A stretch of 64,000 bases of DNA, taken from contig OZ243951.1 of assembly GCA_965214565.1 (NCBI GenBank), positions 1,281,017-1,345,016 on the forward strand, written 5' to 3'. The DNA is from Candidatus Aldehydirespiratoraceae bacterium (lineage in GTDB: Bacteria > Actinomycetota > Acidimicrobiia > Acidimicrobiales > Aldehydirespiratoraceae). Of the stretch, positions 18,757-28,220 are shown piece by piece. Position numbers and translations under genes: made by a program. The notes beneath the pieces are model-generated. The model had not been told where the DNA came from. It worked only from the letters and a program-made list of their open reading frames with translations, and searched no databases. Numbering within the stretch: position 1 is the stretch's first letter; every line of letters begins with the position of its first letter.

Positions 18757-21132
18757 TCAGGGGGCGGGGACGTCGCGGACTCGGGACTTCGTGGGGTCGT
18801 AGAAGGGGAAGGGAACGACGGTCGCGGGGATCCGTTTCTGGTGGCCGTCAATCTTGCCGACTTCGACTTGGGTGCCGGTCTCTGCGTATTCGACTGCCAT
18901 GCGGCACAGGGCGATGTTCTTGCGCAGGGTCGGCGAGATGGTGCCGCTGGTGACCGTTCCCACCTGAAACCGGCCGACGTACACCCCGTCTCCAAGGGCT
19001 CCTGGTTCTCCGCCCTGCAGTTCGAGGCCGACCAACCGGCGCTGCGGGTTGTCTCGGCGTTTGAGCAGCGCTTCGCGTCCGATGAAGTCGTCTTCTTTAG
19101 TCTTGAGGGGGACGGTGAAGCCGATGCCCGCCTCGTAGGGGTCGGTCTGGTCGCAGAACTCGTAGCCGGCGAAGATCAGGCCTGCTTCGATGCGGAGGAG
19201 GTCGAGCGCTTCGAGTCCCATCGGCACCAGCCCGTGCTCGGCGCCGGCCTCGAATATCGCGTCCCAGAGGTCCGGCGCGTTCGACGGGTGGCAGAAGATC
19301 TCGAATCCGAGTTCGCCGGTGTAGCCGGTGCGCGAGACGATCAACGGGACGCCGCTGTGGCCACCGATCCGGGCGATGGCGAAGCGGAACCATCCGAGCT
19401 CGCTGACGTTGGGCTGGTCGGGACGGGTCCAGATGATCTGTTCGAGGATCCTCCGGCTGTTGGGGCCTTGGACCTGCAGGTTGTGGAGCTGGTCGGTGGA
19501 GTCCTTCACCCAGGCCCGCAGGCCGCGTTCAGTTGCCTGTTGGCGGATCCACAGGCCGCTGACGTCGCTACCTCCGATCCAGCGGAAGTTCTCGCGGCTG
19601 AGGCGGAAGACCGTGCCGTCGTCGACCATTCCGCCGGTGTCGTAGCACATGGCTGTGTAGACGACCTGGCCGTCGGAGAGCTTGCGGATGTTGCGGGTGA
19701 CGCAGGTCTGCATCAGCAGTTCTGCGTCGGGGCCTGCGACTTCGTATTTCCGCAACGGTGAGAGGTCTATTGCGGCGGCTGCTTGTCGGCAGGCCCAGTA
19801 CTCCTCGGTGACGCCGTGGTCACGGTAGGAGTTGGCGAGCCAGTAACCGTTGTATTCGGTGAAGTTGCGGGTGAGGGCGGAGCTGCGGGGGTGAAAGCCT
19901 GTGTCTTCGGTGAGTTCGGCTTCAGAGTCGGCTGTCATGCGGAATGCGGTCCCTTTCTTGAACATGTTGTTGGCGGGGTAGACGCGGACCTGGATGTCGG
20001 TGGGGTTCCAGCCGTTGGCGGCGTCGATGTCGCAGGGGCAGGCGGTCGATACGCACACGAGGTCTTCGAGTGCCCGCATCAGCACATAGTCGCCGGGCCT
20101 CGACCAGGGTTCGTCGAAGTAGATCTGGTTTTTGTCGTCGACGTGGGTGTTGTAGAAGAAGTTGATGGCCTCCCAGCCGCGGCGGGCGGCCACTCCGTAG
20201 GGGGACCAGACGCGGTTGATATTGTCTGTGCAGTTGGCGTGGCCGGGGAATCCCATCTCTTCGTAGTAGCGGGAGTTGCAGGCGGTGTTGAAGGTGTCGT
20301 GCCGTCCGACAGTGTCCTGCACGACTTCGACGAGCGGCTGCATCTCGGCGTTGTAGAACTTGGAAAACAGCCCGGGCTCGGGGCAGGTGGCGCCCATCAG
20401 GGTCCGGGTGATGGTGCCGTCGAGGCAGTTCGCTCTGCCCTGCTCCAGGTCGCTGACGGCGAAGCACTGGAAGTCTGAGCATTCCCGGCCCTCGATGTCG
20501 ACCACCTGGAAGTAGTCGCCCTTGGCGACTTCGTAGGCTTGCGCGGTCGCGGCCGGGATTGTGAAGTCGTTGGCAGGGTCGGCGAGCGGGGCGGGGAGGT
20601 GGACTTCTCCGGGCTCTGGCAGCGCGGCCCGGTGGACGTAGACGATGAGGTCGGTGGGCGGGTTGTGGTCCTGTGGTTCCATCGGCCCGCCGGGGGCTGC
20701 CACGATCACCGCGATCGGCGCTGACGCAGTGTAGGTGGCCGTGCTGCCCGGCGGTGAGTCCGGTTCGAACACCAGCGCGGGGCGGGCCCCGCTCAGGTCG
20801 ATGCCCTGTCGCTCCAGTCCTGCTCGGACTCTTCGGGCGTCGCTGAGCGGAGAGGACAGGATCGTGTGGGTGGCATTGGTTGAGCCTCGATCAGCGGCGG
20901 TGGCGCCGAGCAGTCCCGGGTCGCTCACGCCCTGGGCGTCGAAGGCGCTCAGCTCGCACTGCTGGCGGCCTTCGGGGTCGATGATCTCGATGCGGTCTCC
21001 AGGGTCGAGCGCCAACGCGGTGGCGCCGCCTCCGGTGACCCGGTACCGTTCGGTGCCCGGGTCGAGCAGCCACAGACCGGGTTCGAGCACCCTCGGCAGC
21101 ACTTTGTCGATACTGATCGTGCTAATGCTCAT
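18757..21132 (-). CDS. tdm: DUF1989 + GcvT-domain fusion, probable TMAO demethylase
   Basis: 791 aa with an N-terminal DUF1989-like half ('KGDYFQVVDIEGRECSDFQCF'). The C-terminal aminomethyltransferase half has 'TGYTGELGFEIF'. This is the architecture described for Tdm. Confidence 0.8.
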   Translation of the reverse strand: MSISTISIDKVLPRVLEPGLWLLDPGTERYRVTGGGATALALDPGDRIEIIDPEGRQQCELSAFDAQGVSDPGLLGATAADRGSTNATHTILSSPLSDARRVRAGLERQGIDLSGARPALVFEPDSPPGSTATYTASAPIAVIVAAPGGPMEPQDHNPPTDLIVYVHRAALPEPGEVHLPAPLADPANDFTIPAATAQAYEVAKGDYFQVVDIEGRECSDFQCFAVSDLEQGRANCLDGTITRTLMGATCPEPGLFSKFYNAEMQPLVEVVQDTVGRHDTFNTACNSRYYEEMGFPGHANCTDNINRVWSPYGVAARRGWEAINFFYNTHVDDKNQIYFDEPWSRPGDYVLMRALEDLVCVSTACPCDIDAANGWNPTDIQVRVYPANNMFKKGTAFRMTADSEAELTEDTGFHPRSSALTRNFTEYNGYWLANSYRDHGVTEEYWACRQAAAAIDLSPLRKYEVAGPDAELLMQTCVTRNIRKLSDGQVVYTAMCYDTGGMVDDGTVFRLSRENFRWIGGSDVSGLWIRQQATERGLRAWVKDSTDQLHNLQVQGPNSRRILEQIIWTRPDQPNVSELGWFRFAIARIGGHSGVPLIVSRTGYTGELGFEIFCHPSNAPDLWDAIFEAGAEHGLVPMGLEALDLLRIEAGLIFAGYEFCDQTDPYEAGIGFTVPLKTKEDDFIGREALLKRRDNPQRRLVGLELQGGEPGALGDGVYVGRFQVGTVTSGTISPTLRKNIALCRMAVEYAETGTQVEVGKIDGHQKRIPATVVPFPFYDPTKSRVRDVPAP

Positions 21133-21493
21133 CGTCGGTTGCCTCGGAAGGCGCGGAGACCGAGGCGAACAGGTCCCAAAGCAGAAGCACCGCTGTCGCC
21201 AGTGCGGCGACAGTCACGATGATCACGCCGATGCCGAGATCGGGGGGACCGCTGCTGGAGAGGTTCAGCATGGCTCGCCCGGCGACGGCTGCGACGAATC
21301 CCGCGCCGCACCATGCCGGTCGAAACTTGACTCGGATCAGCACGAAGGTGACGAGTAGTGCGAGGAAGGCCACTTGGCCGTCGTTGGCACCGAAGCCGTT
21401 CGTGTCGGTATCGCCGGTCTCCCAGGGAAGGAGAAGGGAGGCGACGGCGATAACCAAGCAGAGCTGAGCCAGATGCGCACGCGTGAGCCTCAT
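21122..21493 (-). CDS. Membrane protein (4 predicted TM), start of tdm overlaps its stop
   Basis: 123-aa hydrophobic ORF overlapping the tdm start by 11 nt. Confidence 0.45.
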   Translation of the reverse strand: MRLTRAHLAQLCLVIAVASLLLPWETGDTDTNGFGANDGQVAFLALLVTFVLIRVKFRPAWCGAGFVAAVAGRAMLNLSSSGPPDLGIGVIIVTVAALATAVLLLWDLFASVSAPSEATDDEH

Positions 21494-21566
21494 GATCGGC
21501 TCAGCGTTGATGGCGGGAGTGTAGGGGGCACATCAACGTGAACTGTACCCCCTACCCCGCTGGGCG

Positions 21567-21698
21567 TCAGGCGCCCGCGACGACTTGAATGCAAATGACG
21601 GCGAAGATGATGCAGACGATGGAGAAGATCACCACCGCCCTCTCCACGCCTTTGTCGTGGCCTTGCATTTCGTCGAATTCAACTTGTTTTCCAGCCAT
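21567..21698 (-). CDS. Very small membrane protein (43 aa)
   Basis: 'MAGKQVEFDEMQGHDKGVERAVVIFSIVCIIFAVICIQVVAGA'. Its ATG lies 2 nt after the stop of the 79-aa ORF. It has one TM. Confidence 0.3.
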   Translation of the reverse strand: MAGKQVEFDEMQGHDKGVERAVVIFSIVCIIFAVICIQVVAGA

Positions 21699-21700
21699 GT

Positions 21701-21940
21701 TCAGCCCTCCATGCCCGCGTCTTGCGAGTTGTACTTGCCAGCGAGACGCTCGGCGGATTCGTTGAGCAGGGCATTCTCGCGCCTGGTCACCGCGACTCCG
21801 GAATACACCGAGATGACGATGGCTATGAGCGTGATGAGTACCGTGGCGAAGTTTCCGCCTGGTCCCCATGTGAAGTACCCCGTTGTTCCGTCAGCGGCTT
21901 CCAGCGCCGCTTCCCAACTATCGTAGGGAAATGTGTTCAT
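21701..21940 (-). CDS. Small membrane protein (79 aa)
   Basis: One central TM ('FATVLITLIAIVISVYSGVAV'). It lies between amt and tdm. Confidence 0.4.
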   Translation of the reverse strand: MNTFPYDSWEAALEAADGTTGYFTWGPGGNFATVLITLIAIVISVYSGVAVTRRENALLNESAERLAGKYNSQDAGMEG

Positions 21941-22109
21941 TTAGTTCTCCTTAATGAGTGAACGTTTGTTCAGGTCGTGTTGTCTCAGGTGGGGCGGTCC
22001 GGCTTCTTTCGTCGGCGCTTGCGCATCCCCCAGTACCCGGCGGACGCGACCACGAGGTACATGAGTGCGATTGCTGCGATGAACTGAAGCCATGAACCGG
22101 ACACCCTCG

Positions 22110-23495
22110 CTATTTGAGGTCGGCGTAGGCCGCTCGTAGAACAGCTTCAGCCGGCTCTTCGGAACCGTCGGCGTTGACGATCGGCTCAGTGGCACGACCG
22201 AACTCCGGATAGAAGTCCGTCTCGAACTCTGCCATGTCGAGGCCCTCGATCTCCACTTCGGGCGGGACCCGCAGCAGGTTCATCTTCTTGAGGATTCCAG
22301 ATCCGATGTAGCCGGAGAGGAATGCCAATGGGAACAGAGCTGCAACACCCACGAGCTGGCCGAGGAACGAGGTTTCGATTCCTGCGGCGCCGGTCGGGTA
22401 GCCCCCGGCGACGATGCCAACCAGCAGTACGCCCCAGAACCCCATGACTCCGTGGACTGCGACCGCTCCGACTGCGTCGTCGATCCGGGCTTTCTGCTCA
22501 ATCCAGTTGCCTACGTGGTAGGCGAGGCCAGCGGAGAAGAACGCAAGTATCAAGACCAGCGACGGGTTGTAGATGTCGGCGCCTGCCGACACCGCCACTA
22601 CCCCGGCGAGGCCTCCGGACAATGTCCAGAACGGGTCACCCTTGGCGAAGATGTATCCGCCGGCGAAGCCGCCCGCGAAGCCCATCGTGATCGTGAAGGT
22701 GATCGCTGACAGTGTTGCCGGGTTGAAGTAGATGTTGGCCCAACCGGGTGTGGTATCGGCGGTGATCGCCAGACAAGCTGCGTAGAAGGCGTAGAACGCG
22801 GTGAAGATGATCATCAGCCCCATCAACGTGAGATGAAGGTTGTGGGGCTTGAACACTCGGGTGCCTCCGTTGCGGTCGTATCTGCCGATTCTCGGACCCA
22901 GGTTGAACAACACCCCCAGGGCAAAGATTCCGGCGATGCCGTGGACCACGCCTGATGCAGCGAAGTCGTGGTAGCCGAAGTGGATTGGCAACCAACCTCC
23001 GTAGCTCCACCCCCAGGCTGCGGCGATCACCCAGATCAGACCACCCATGAGGGCGGTCAACCACAGGTATGCCGAGATGCGGATGCGCTCGAGCACAGCA
23101 CCGGACATGATCGAACCGGTCGTCCAGGAGAACAGTACGAATGCGGCCCAGAAGACACCGCTGATGTTGTCACCGAGGTTGGGGCCCATTGAGCCGTCCC
23201 ATGGGACGCCGTAGCCGTCACCGCAGAAATACGCTCCTTCCCCTGCGTTCCCTGCCCCGTCGGCTGTGGTCGTCGGTATGAAACCTTCCTCCATACAGAA
23301 GTAGACCCACCACCCGAGGTAGTAGAACGTCGGTGTGACCACCGCGATAGTCATAATGTTCTTCATCGCCGTGGACATGATGTTCTTGCGTCGGCTTACG
23401 CCAGCTTCGTAGGTCATGAAACCTACGTGCAGTAACCACATGATCGCGACGGTGAAGAAGTAATAGGCCTCTGTGAACACTACTGATGTGTCCAT
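22110..23495 (-). CDS. amt: Ammonium/methylammonium transporter (Amt family)
   Basis: 461 aa, polytopic, with Amt signatures 'DFAASGVVHGIAGIFALG' and 'AVAVHGVMGFWGVLLVG'. Confidence 0.9.
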   Translation of the reverse strand: MDTSVVFTEAYYFFTVAIMWLLHVGFMTYEAGVSRRKNIMSTAMKNIMTIAVVTPTFYYLGWWVYFCMEEGFIPTTTADGAGNAGEGAYFCGDGYGVPWDGSMGPNLGDNISGVFWAAFVLFSWTTGSIMSGAVLERIRISAYLWLTALMGGLIWVIAAAWGWSYGGWLPIHFGYHDFAASGVVHGIAGIFALGVLFNLGPRIGRYDRNGGTRVFKPHNLHLTLMGLMIIFTAFYAFYAACLAITADTTPGWANIYFNPATLSAITFTITMGFAGGFAGGYIFAKGDPFWTLSGGLAGVVAVSAGADIYNPSLVLILAFFSAGLAYHVGNWIEQKARIDDAVGAVAVHGVMGFWGVLLVGIVAGGYPTGAAGIETSFLGQLVGVAALFPLAFLSGYIGSGILKKMNLLRVPPEVEIEGLDMAEFETDFYPEFGRATEPIVNADGSEEPAEAVLRAAYADLK

Positions 23496-23618
23496 AGGCG
23501 CACCCCCAATTCTTCGTGCTAATTCCGACCTTGTGGCCGGACATCGGCGACACTAGCACACCGGCGGCAAAGTGTCGAATGTCACTTTTGCCCTTTGTGG
23601 CGTACGTGGCTGAAGTGG

Positions 23619-23981
23619 CTAACCGTCGGGGGCGGTGATCTCGATGTCGAGGACGTCGCCGGTGCTGGCGTCTACCCTCACGGTTGCGTGGTGGAGGAAA
23701 TCGTTGCGGCCTCCGTCCGGGTCGTGCACGGTGAACACGACGATCCAGACGGCGCTGGTCGGGATCCCCTGGCGCAGCACTCTGGCTTCGGTGTTCTCTG
23801 GCTCGAAATAGCCTTCGTGTACCTCGAATGCGGCTGTGGCGTTGGACACCGCTTCTTCTCGGTCTATATCAACTCCTGAGCATCCGCGCATCAAGAATAC
23901 GACGACCAACAGCCCGGCAGCTACGAACAGCAGCCTGCGCGAGTTCATCCGACCCTTGATTCTGTCGCTCCAGTTGCTCAC
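23619..23981 (-). CDS. Hypothetical exported/anchored protein
   Basis: 120 aa with an N-terminal hydrophobic anchor 'LLFVAAGLLVVVFLMRGC'. The family is unknown. Confidence 0.4.
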   Translation of the reverse strand: MSNWSDRIKGRMNSRRLLFVAAGLLVVVFLMRGCSGVDIDREEAVSNATAAFEVHEGYFEPENTEARVLRQGIPTSAVWIVVFTVHDPDGGRNDFLHHATVRVDASTGDVLDIEITAPDG

Positions 23982-23997
23982 GGGCCAGTCACCTCGG

Positions 23998-24267
23998 TTA
24001 GTTGGGGGGCCTGCGCACCAGACGCAGGATCACGTATCCGAACACATGGGTGATCGCCACGAAGCTCATCCACCACAGGGTCGTCTTCCGGTTGTAGGCG
24101 CGCTCCCGGCATTCCCAGAGCGTCAACAGCAGAGCTCCGACGAGGAACAGCCACAGCATGATGCTCTCGGCGGCATCATCGCCTATCAAGATCATCAGAC
24201 CCATGCGGTTGGAGCCTAAACCACATGGTGGCGCGTAACCAGACAAACACGTTGTTGAGCCAAACAT
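23998..24267 (-). CDS. Small membrane protein
   Basis: 89-aa ORF with 2-3 hydrophobic segments. Confidence 0.35.
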   Translation of the reverse strand: MFGSTTCLSGYAPPCGLGSNRMGLMILIGDDAAESIMLWLFLVGALLLTLWECRERAYNRKTTLWWMSFVAITHVFGYVILRLVRRPPN

Positions 24268-24332
24268 GTGGCCACCCGAAACTAACGGCTCGGCGCTTAG
24301 CCCTTGGGCAACAGTTGCTTCTATGCTTCGGG

Positions 24333-25484
24333 ATGCCTGAGATCATGTTCGGGCCTCGGGTCCGGAAATCCCCGTACTACGAGGCGACGGTGGCTGCGGG
24401 TGTCAGCGCCTTCACCGTCTACAACCACATGTACATGCCGATCTCTTACGGTGACCCGGCCGAAGAGTATCGCCGTCTGACTGAGCGGGTGGCGCTGTGG
24501 GACGTGGCCGCCCAACGCCAGATCGAGATTGTCGGCAGTGACGCCGCGGCATTCACCCAGTACCTGTCTGCGCGCGACCTCGGGGGAATGAAACCTGGTC
24601 GGGCTCGTTACGCGCCGATCTGTGATCACGACGGCAACCTGATCAACGATCCTGTGGCGCTGTGTCTCGAAGACGACCGGTTCTGGCTCTCGATCGCCGA
24701 CAGCGACTTGGGCTATCTGGCCAAAGCGGTCGCCGCGGAACGGCGTGCCGATGTGAGGGTTTTCGAGCCGGACGTTTCGCCGTTGGCGATTCAGGGGCCC
24801 TGCGCTGAAGAGCTTGCCGTCGACCTGTTCGGCGCTGATGTGGTGGGTTCGCTGGGGTTCTTCCACCATGTCGGGGTGGAGCTCGACGGGATCGAGTTGG
24901 TGCTGTGCCGGTCCGGATGGAGCAAGCAGGGCGGCTTTGAGCTGTTCTTGACCGACGGGTCTCGGGGTGTGGAGCTCTGGAACAGGGTGATGGCGGCCGG
25001 GGCTCGTTTCGGGATCGGGCCGGGTGCGCCCAATCCGGTTGAGCGGATCGAGAGCGGGCTGCTGTCGTACGGGTCGGACAACGATTCGAGGACGAATCCG
25101 TTCGAGGCCGGGCTCGGGAGGTGGGTGAACCTTGACGGTGAGCACGACTTCGTCGGTAAGGCGGCTCTGCTCGCGCGGGCTGAGCGCGGGATCGAGCGCA
25201 GTCTCATCAACGTCTCGTTCGTCGGTGTCGACGGCTCGAGTTTGGCCGGTGTGCTGCCCCTGGAGCATCCCCGTACGCTGCGGTTGGACGGGCGGGTCGT
25301 GGGCGAGCTTCGCAATGCTGTCTGGTCTCCGCGGCTGGGGCACGGCATAGGTATCGCCCTGGTGGCCACCTCCGCGGCGGTTCCCGGTACGTGCCTGGTG
25401 GTCGAGATCGACGGCACCGTATTCTCGGTGCTGGTATCGCCCGAACCGTTCGGCGCTCCCCGCCGCCCGATAATTCAAAGCTGA
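24333..25484 (+). CDS. Aminomethyltransferase-family (GcvT-like, folate-binding) protein
   Basis: I prefer the ATG at 24333 ('MPEIMFGPRVRKSPYYE'). It has GcvT-like features 'LWDVAAQRQIEIVGSDA', 'SGWSKQGGFELF' and 'ERIESGLLSYGSD'. Confidence 0.75.
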   Translation: MPEIMFGPRVRKSPYYEATVAAGVSAFTVYNHMYMPISYGDPAEEYRRLTERVALWDVAAQRQIEIVGSDAAAFTQYLSARDLGGMKPGRARYAPICDHDGNLINDPVALCLEDDRFWLSIADSDLGYLAKAVAAERRADVRVFEPDVSPLAIQGPCAEELAVDLFGADVVGSLGFFHHVGVELDGIELVLCRSGWSKQGGFELFLTDGSRGVELWNRVMAAGARFGIGPGAPNPVERIESGLLSYGSDNDSRTNPFEAGLGRWVNLDGEHDFVGKAALLARAERGIERSLINVSFVGVDGSSLAGVLPLEHPRTLRLDGRVVGELRNAVWSPRLGHGIGIALVATSAAVPGTCLVVEIDGTVFSVLVSPEPFGAPRRPIIQS

Positions 25485-25530
25485 GGTTCGACGGTGGAAA
25501 TCGGGGGGGTTTTGGGGTAGAAACAATGGT

Positions 25531-26313
25531 GTGTTGATCGTTGTTTCCCCGGCGAAGTCGCTGGATTACGAGTCGAAGTTGGCCACGAAGAAATGCAGTG
25601 AGCCGCGGCTTCTGGACCACAGCCGTGAGCTGGTCGAGGTGATGGCGCAGAAGTCGCCGTCAGAGCTCAGTGAGTTGATGTCGATCTCGCCGGCGCTGGC
25701 CGAGCTCAACCATGAGCGTTTCGGGGATTTCCAGATCCCGTTCACTCCCGAGAATGCTCGGCCAGCGGTGTTGGCCTTCAACGGCGACGTCTACATGGGG
25801 ATGGAACCGCAGACGTTCAGCGAGCGGGACTTCACGCATGCGCAGAAGACGTTGAGGATCCTGTCGGGTCTTTATGGTGTGCTTCGGCCGCTGGATCTGA
25901 TGCAGCCGTACCGGTTGGAGATGGGGAGCCGGGTGGCTACTGCTCGTGGCAGGGACCTGTACGGGTTCTGGGGCGATTCGATCACTGATCTGCTGAATGC
26001 CGATATCGAGGCGAGTCCCGGTGCGAGTGCGCTGATCAATCTGGCCTCGAACGAGTATTTCGGTGCGGTCAACCCCGGCCGACTCGAGGCGCGGTTGGTG
26101 AGCCCGGTGTTTTTGGACTCCAAGAACGGTGCTGAGCCGAGGATCGTGAGTTTCTTCGCCAAGCGGGCCCGTGGGTCGATGGCCGGCTGGATCATCCGCA
26201 ATCGGGTTCGGGCACCGAGGGCTCTGATGGAGTTCGCCGAGGACGGTTACGAATACGATCCCGACCGCTCCGACGCCGACCGCCCCGTCTTCGTCCGCTA
26301 CAACCGTCCGTAG
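25531..26313 (+). CDS. yaaA: Peroxide stress protein YaaA (DUF328)
   Basis: 260 aa with the N-terminus 'MLIVVSPAKSLDYES' and 'RILSGLYGVLRPLDLMQPYRLEM'. Confidence 0.85.
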   Translation: MLIVVSPAKSLDYESKLATKKCSEPRLLDHSRELVEVMAQKSPSELSELMSISPALAELNHERFGDFQIPFTPENARPAVLAFNGDVYMGMEPQTFSERDFTHAQKTLRILSGLYGVLRPLDLMQPYRLEMGSRVATARGRDLYGFWGDSITDLLNADIEASPGASALINLASNEYFGAVNPGRLEARLVSPVFLDSKNGAEPRIVSFFAKRARGSMAGWIIRNRVRAPRALMEFAEDGYEYDPDRSDADRPVFVRYNRP

Positions 26314-26376
26314 CCCAGCTCCACATTGAAGACACTGTAATTACATGGGGTCGTCAGTTCGGCGAACCCCTCAGTA

Positions 26377-26431
26377 ATGTACTTTATGTATAATTTTCAA
26401 AGTTTGTAGTCCTGATTTCAAATAGTACATA
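26377..26431 (+). repeat. 55-bp AT-rich direct repeat, copy 1 (upstream of the AlbA_2-type gene)
   Basis: 'atgtactttatgtataattttcaaagtttgtagtcctgatttcaaatagtacata'. It matches 28148-28202 with 3 mismatches. Confidence 0.85.
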
Positions 26432-26452
26432 ATCTATGTATATAATTCGTGG

Positions 26453-28114
26453 GTGGATCCTGACGAAGTAGCCGAACTTGCTAGCGCTGGCGAAACACTC
26501 ACCGTCGAGTTCAAGGGAGGCGGGATCGGCCAAGACGATCTCGCTGAAGCCGTTGCGTGCCTGGCCAACGCCGAAGGAGGGCTATTGCTGCTCGGCGTGA
26601 CCGACAGGGGTACGATCAAGGGGGTCAACCCAGACAAGGAGGATTGCGCCGATCCTCAGCGGCTCTCCGCAACGATATCAACCCGTACAGAGCCACCGAT
26701 CGTGGTAGCTGTTGAGATCGTCATGGTCGAGAACAAGCTGGTTGCCGTCATTGAGGTGCCCGCATCAGATTCGGTTCACGCCACGGTCAAAGGCCGTTAC
26801 GTTCGCCGAGTTCTCGATGTCAAGGGCAGACCGCAATGCCTACCAATGCGTCCGCATGAAGTGTTGGCGTCGGCAGCAGGCGAGACGGATTTTTCTCGGC
26901 GCGTGCTCGATCGGCTTTCGTTCCAGGACCTCGACGGGAACGAGCTGACCCGAATGCGCGAACTCGCCCGTCAAGGTGATGGTGACAGCGCACTCAGTTC
27001 ATTGTCGGACACCGAACTCTTGCGAGCACTCAACCTGGTTGATGTTGACGACCGGCTGACGGTCGGTGCCGTTCTACTGTTCGGGACTGCCGAATCCATC
27101 AACCGGTTCATACCAGCCTACGAGATGGGATTTCAAGAACTTAACGGCACTGAGATCCGAGCAAATGAAATCAACCGCAACCCTTTGCTGCGCGCGATGA
27201 CTCAGTTGGTCGAGCGAGTGGAGGCTCGAAACACAGAGGAAGATGTCGAGATCGGGCTGTTCCGTATTCCCCTGCCCCAATATGCGGAGTCCACGATTCG
27301 GGAGTTGATCGCTAATTCTCTGGTGCACCGCGACTACACCAAGATGGGGCTGACACTGGTTCAAATGAACGGGGATTCGCTGACGATCTCAAACCCGGGA
27401 GGGTTCCCACCTGGGGTCAACACGAGCAACTTGATGTCGGTAATGCCTCGCCCTCGCAACCCCGCTCTGGCCGACGCCTTCAAACGGGCCGGTCTCGTCG
27501 ACCGGATCGGACGCGGGATCAGTCGGGTCTTCGAGCAACAGTTGGCACTCGGCAGACCACCACCGGACTACAGCGGCAGTACGACCGACTCGGTGATTGT
27601 TCGCGTTCGATCTGGACCCGCTGATTCTGATCTCGCAGGCTATATCGCCCAATTCCGCCGCTCGGGAGAGGAGTTGAACCTGCGGGATCTGCTCACACTG
27701 CACGAGGTTCGGGCTGAACGCAGAATCACCACCGCTCGGGCCGCCGAGTTGTTCCAAATCGATACGTCTTCAGCTCGGGCCGAACTCAATGCACTGGTTG
27801 AACGGGGGTTGCTCGAGTCCCGCGGTGAGAGCAGAGCACGTACCTATCACATGTCCGCGGCCTTGTATCGGCAACTCGGCGAGCTGGCACAGTATGTTCG
27901 CACGAAGGGATTCGATCAGATTCAACAGCGGGAGATGGTGCTCACCTTTGTTGGACAGCACGGTTCCATCAGCCGAGCCGAAGCCGCTGAGTTGTGCCAG
28001 ATAGCTCCACTCCAGGCTGGACATCTCTTGCGCCGGTTACGCGACCGAGGCGAACTCGTGATGACCGGGGAACGGCGTACAGCCAGATACACAGCACGCC
28101 CGAAGCACTCCTGA
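26453..28114 (+). CDS. Schlafen/AlbA_2-domain protein with RecG-C-terminal-like (HATPase_c_4) and wHTH regions
   Basis: 553 aa with a GTG start. The N-terminus 'ETLTVEFKGGG...LANAEGGLLLLGV' is typical of AlbA_2. The middle 'LIANSLVHRDY' and 'NPGGFPPG' are typical of the RecG-like ATPase-fold region. Confidence 0.6.
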   Translation: MDPDEVAELASAGETLTVEFKGGGIGQDDLAEAVACLANAEGGLLLLGVTDRGTIKGVNPDKEDCADPQRLSATISTRTEPPIVVAVEIVMVENKLVAVIEVPASDSVHATVKGRYVRRVLDVKGRPQCLPMRPHEVLASAAGETDFSRRVLDRLSFQDLDGNELTRMRELARQGDGDSALSSLSDTELLRALNLVDVDDRLTVGAVLLFGTAESINRFIPAYEMGFQELNGTEIRANEINRNPLLRAMTQLVERVEARNTEEDVEIGLFRIPLPQYAESTIRELIANSLVHRDYTKMGLTLVQMNGDSLTISNPGGFPPGVNTSNLMSVMPRPRNPALADAFKRAGLVDRIGRGISRVFEQQLALGRPPPDYSGSTTDSVIVRVRSGPADSDLAGYIAQFRRSGEELNLRDLLTLHEVRAERRITTARAAELFQIDTSSARAELNALVERGLLESRGESRARTYHMSAALYRQLGELAQYVRTKGFDQIQQREMVLTFVGQHGSISRAEAAELCQIAPLQAGHLLRRLRDRGELVMTGERRTARYTARPKHS

Positions 28115-28147
28115 CACCCTGAGCCGCCGAGATTCGATCACTAAGTT

Positions 28148-28202
28148 ATGTACTTTATGTATAATTTTCAAAGTTTGTGGTACCGATTTCAAATAGTACA
28201 TA
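28148..28202 (+). repeat. 55-bp AT-rich direct repeat, copy 2 (downstream of the AlbA_2-type gene)
   Basis: 'atgtactttatgtataattttcaaagtttgtggtaccgatttcaaatagtacata'. Confidence 0.85.
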
Positions 28203-28220
28203 GCATGTGCACTAAAGCCG

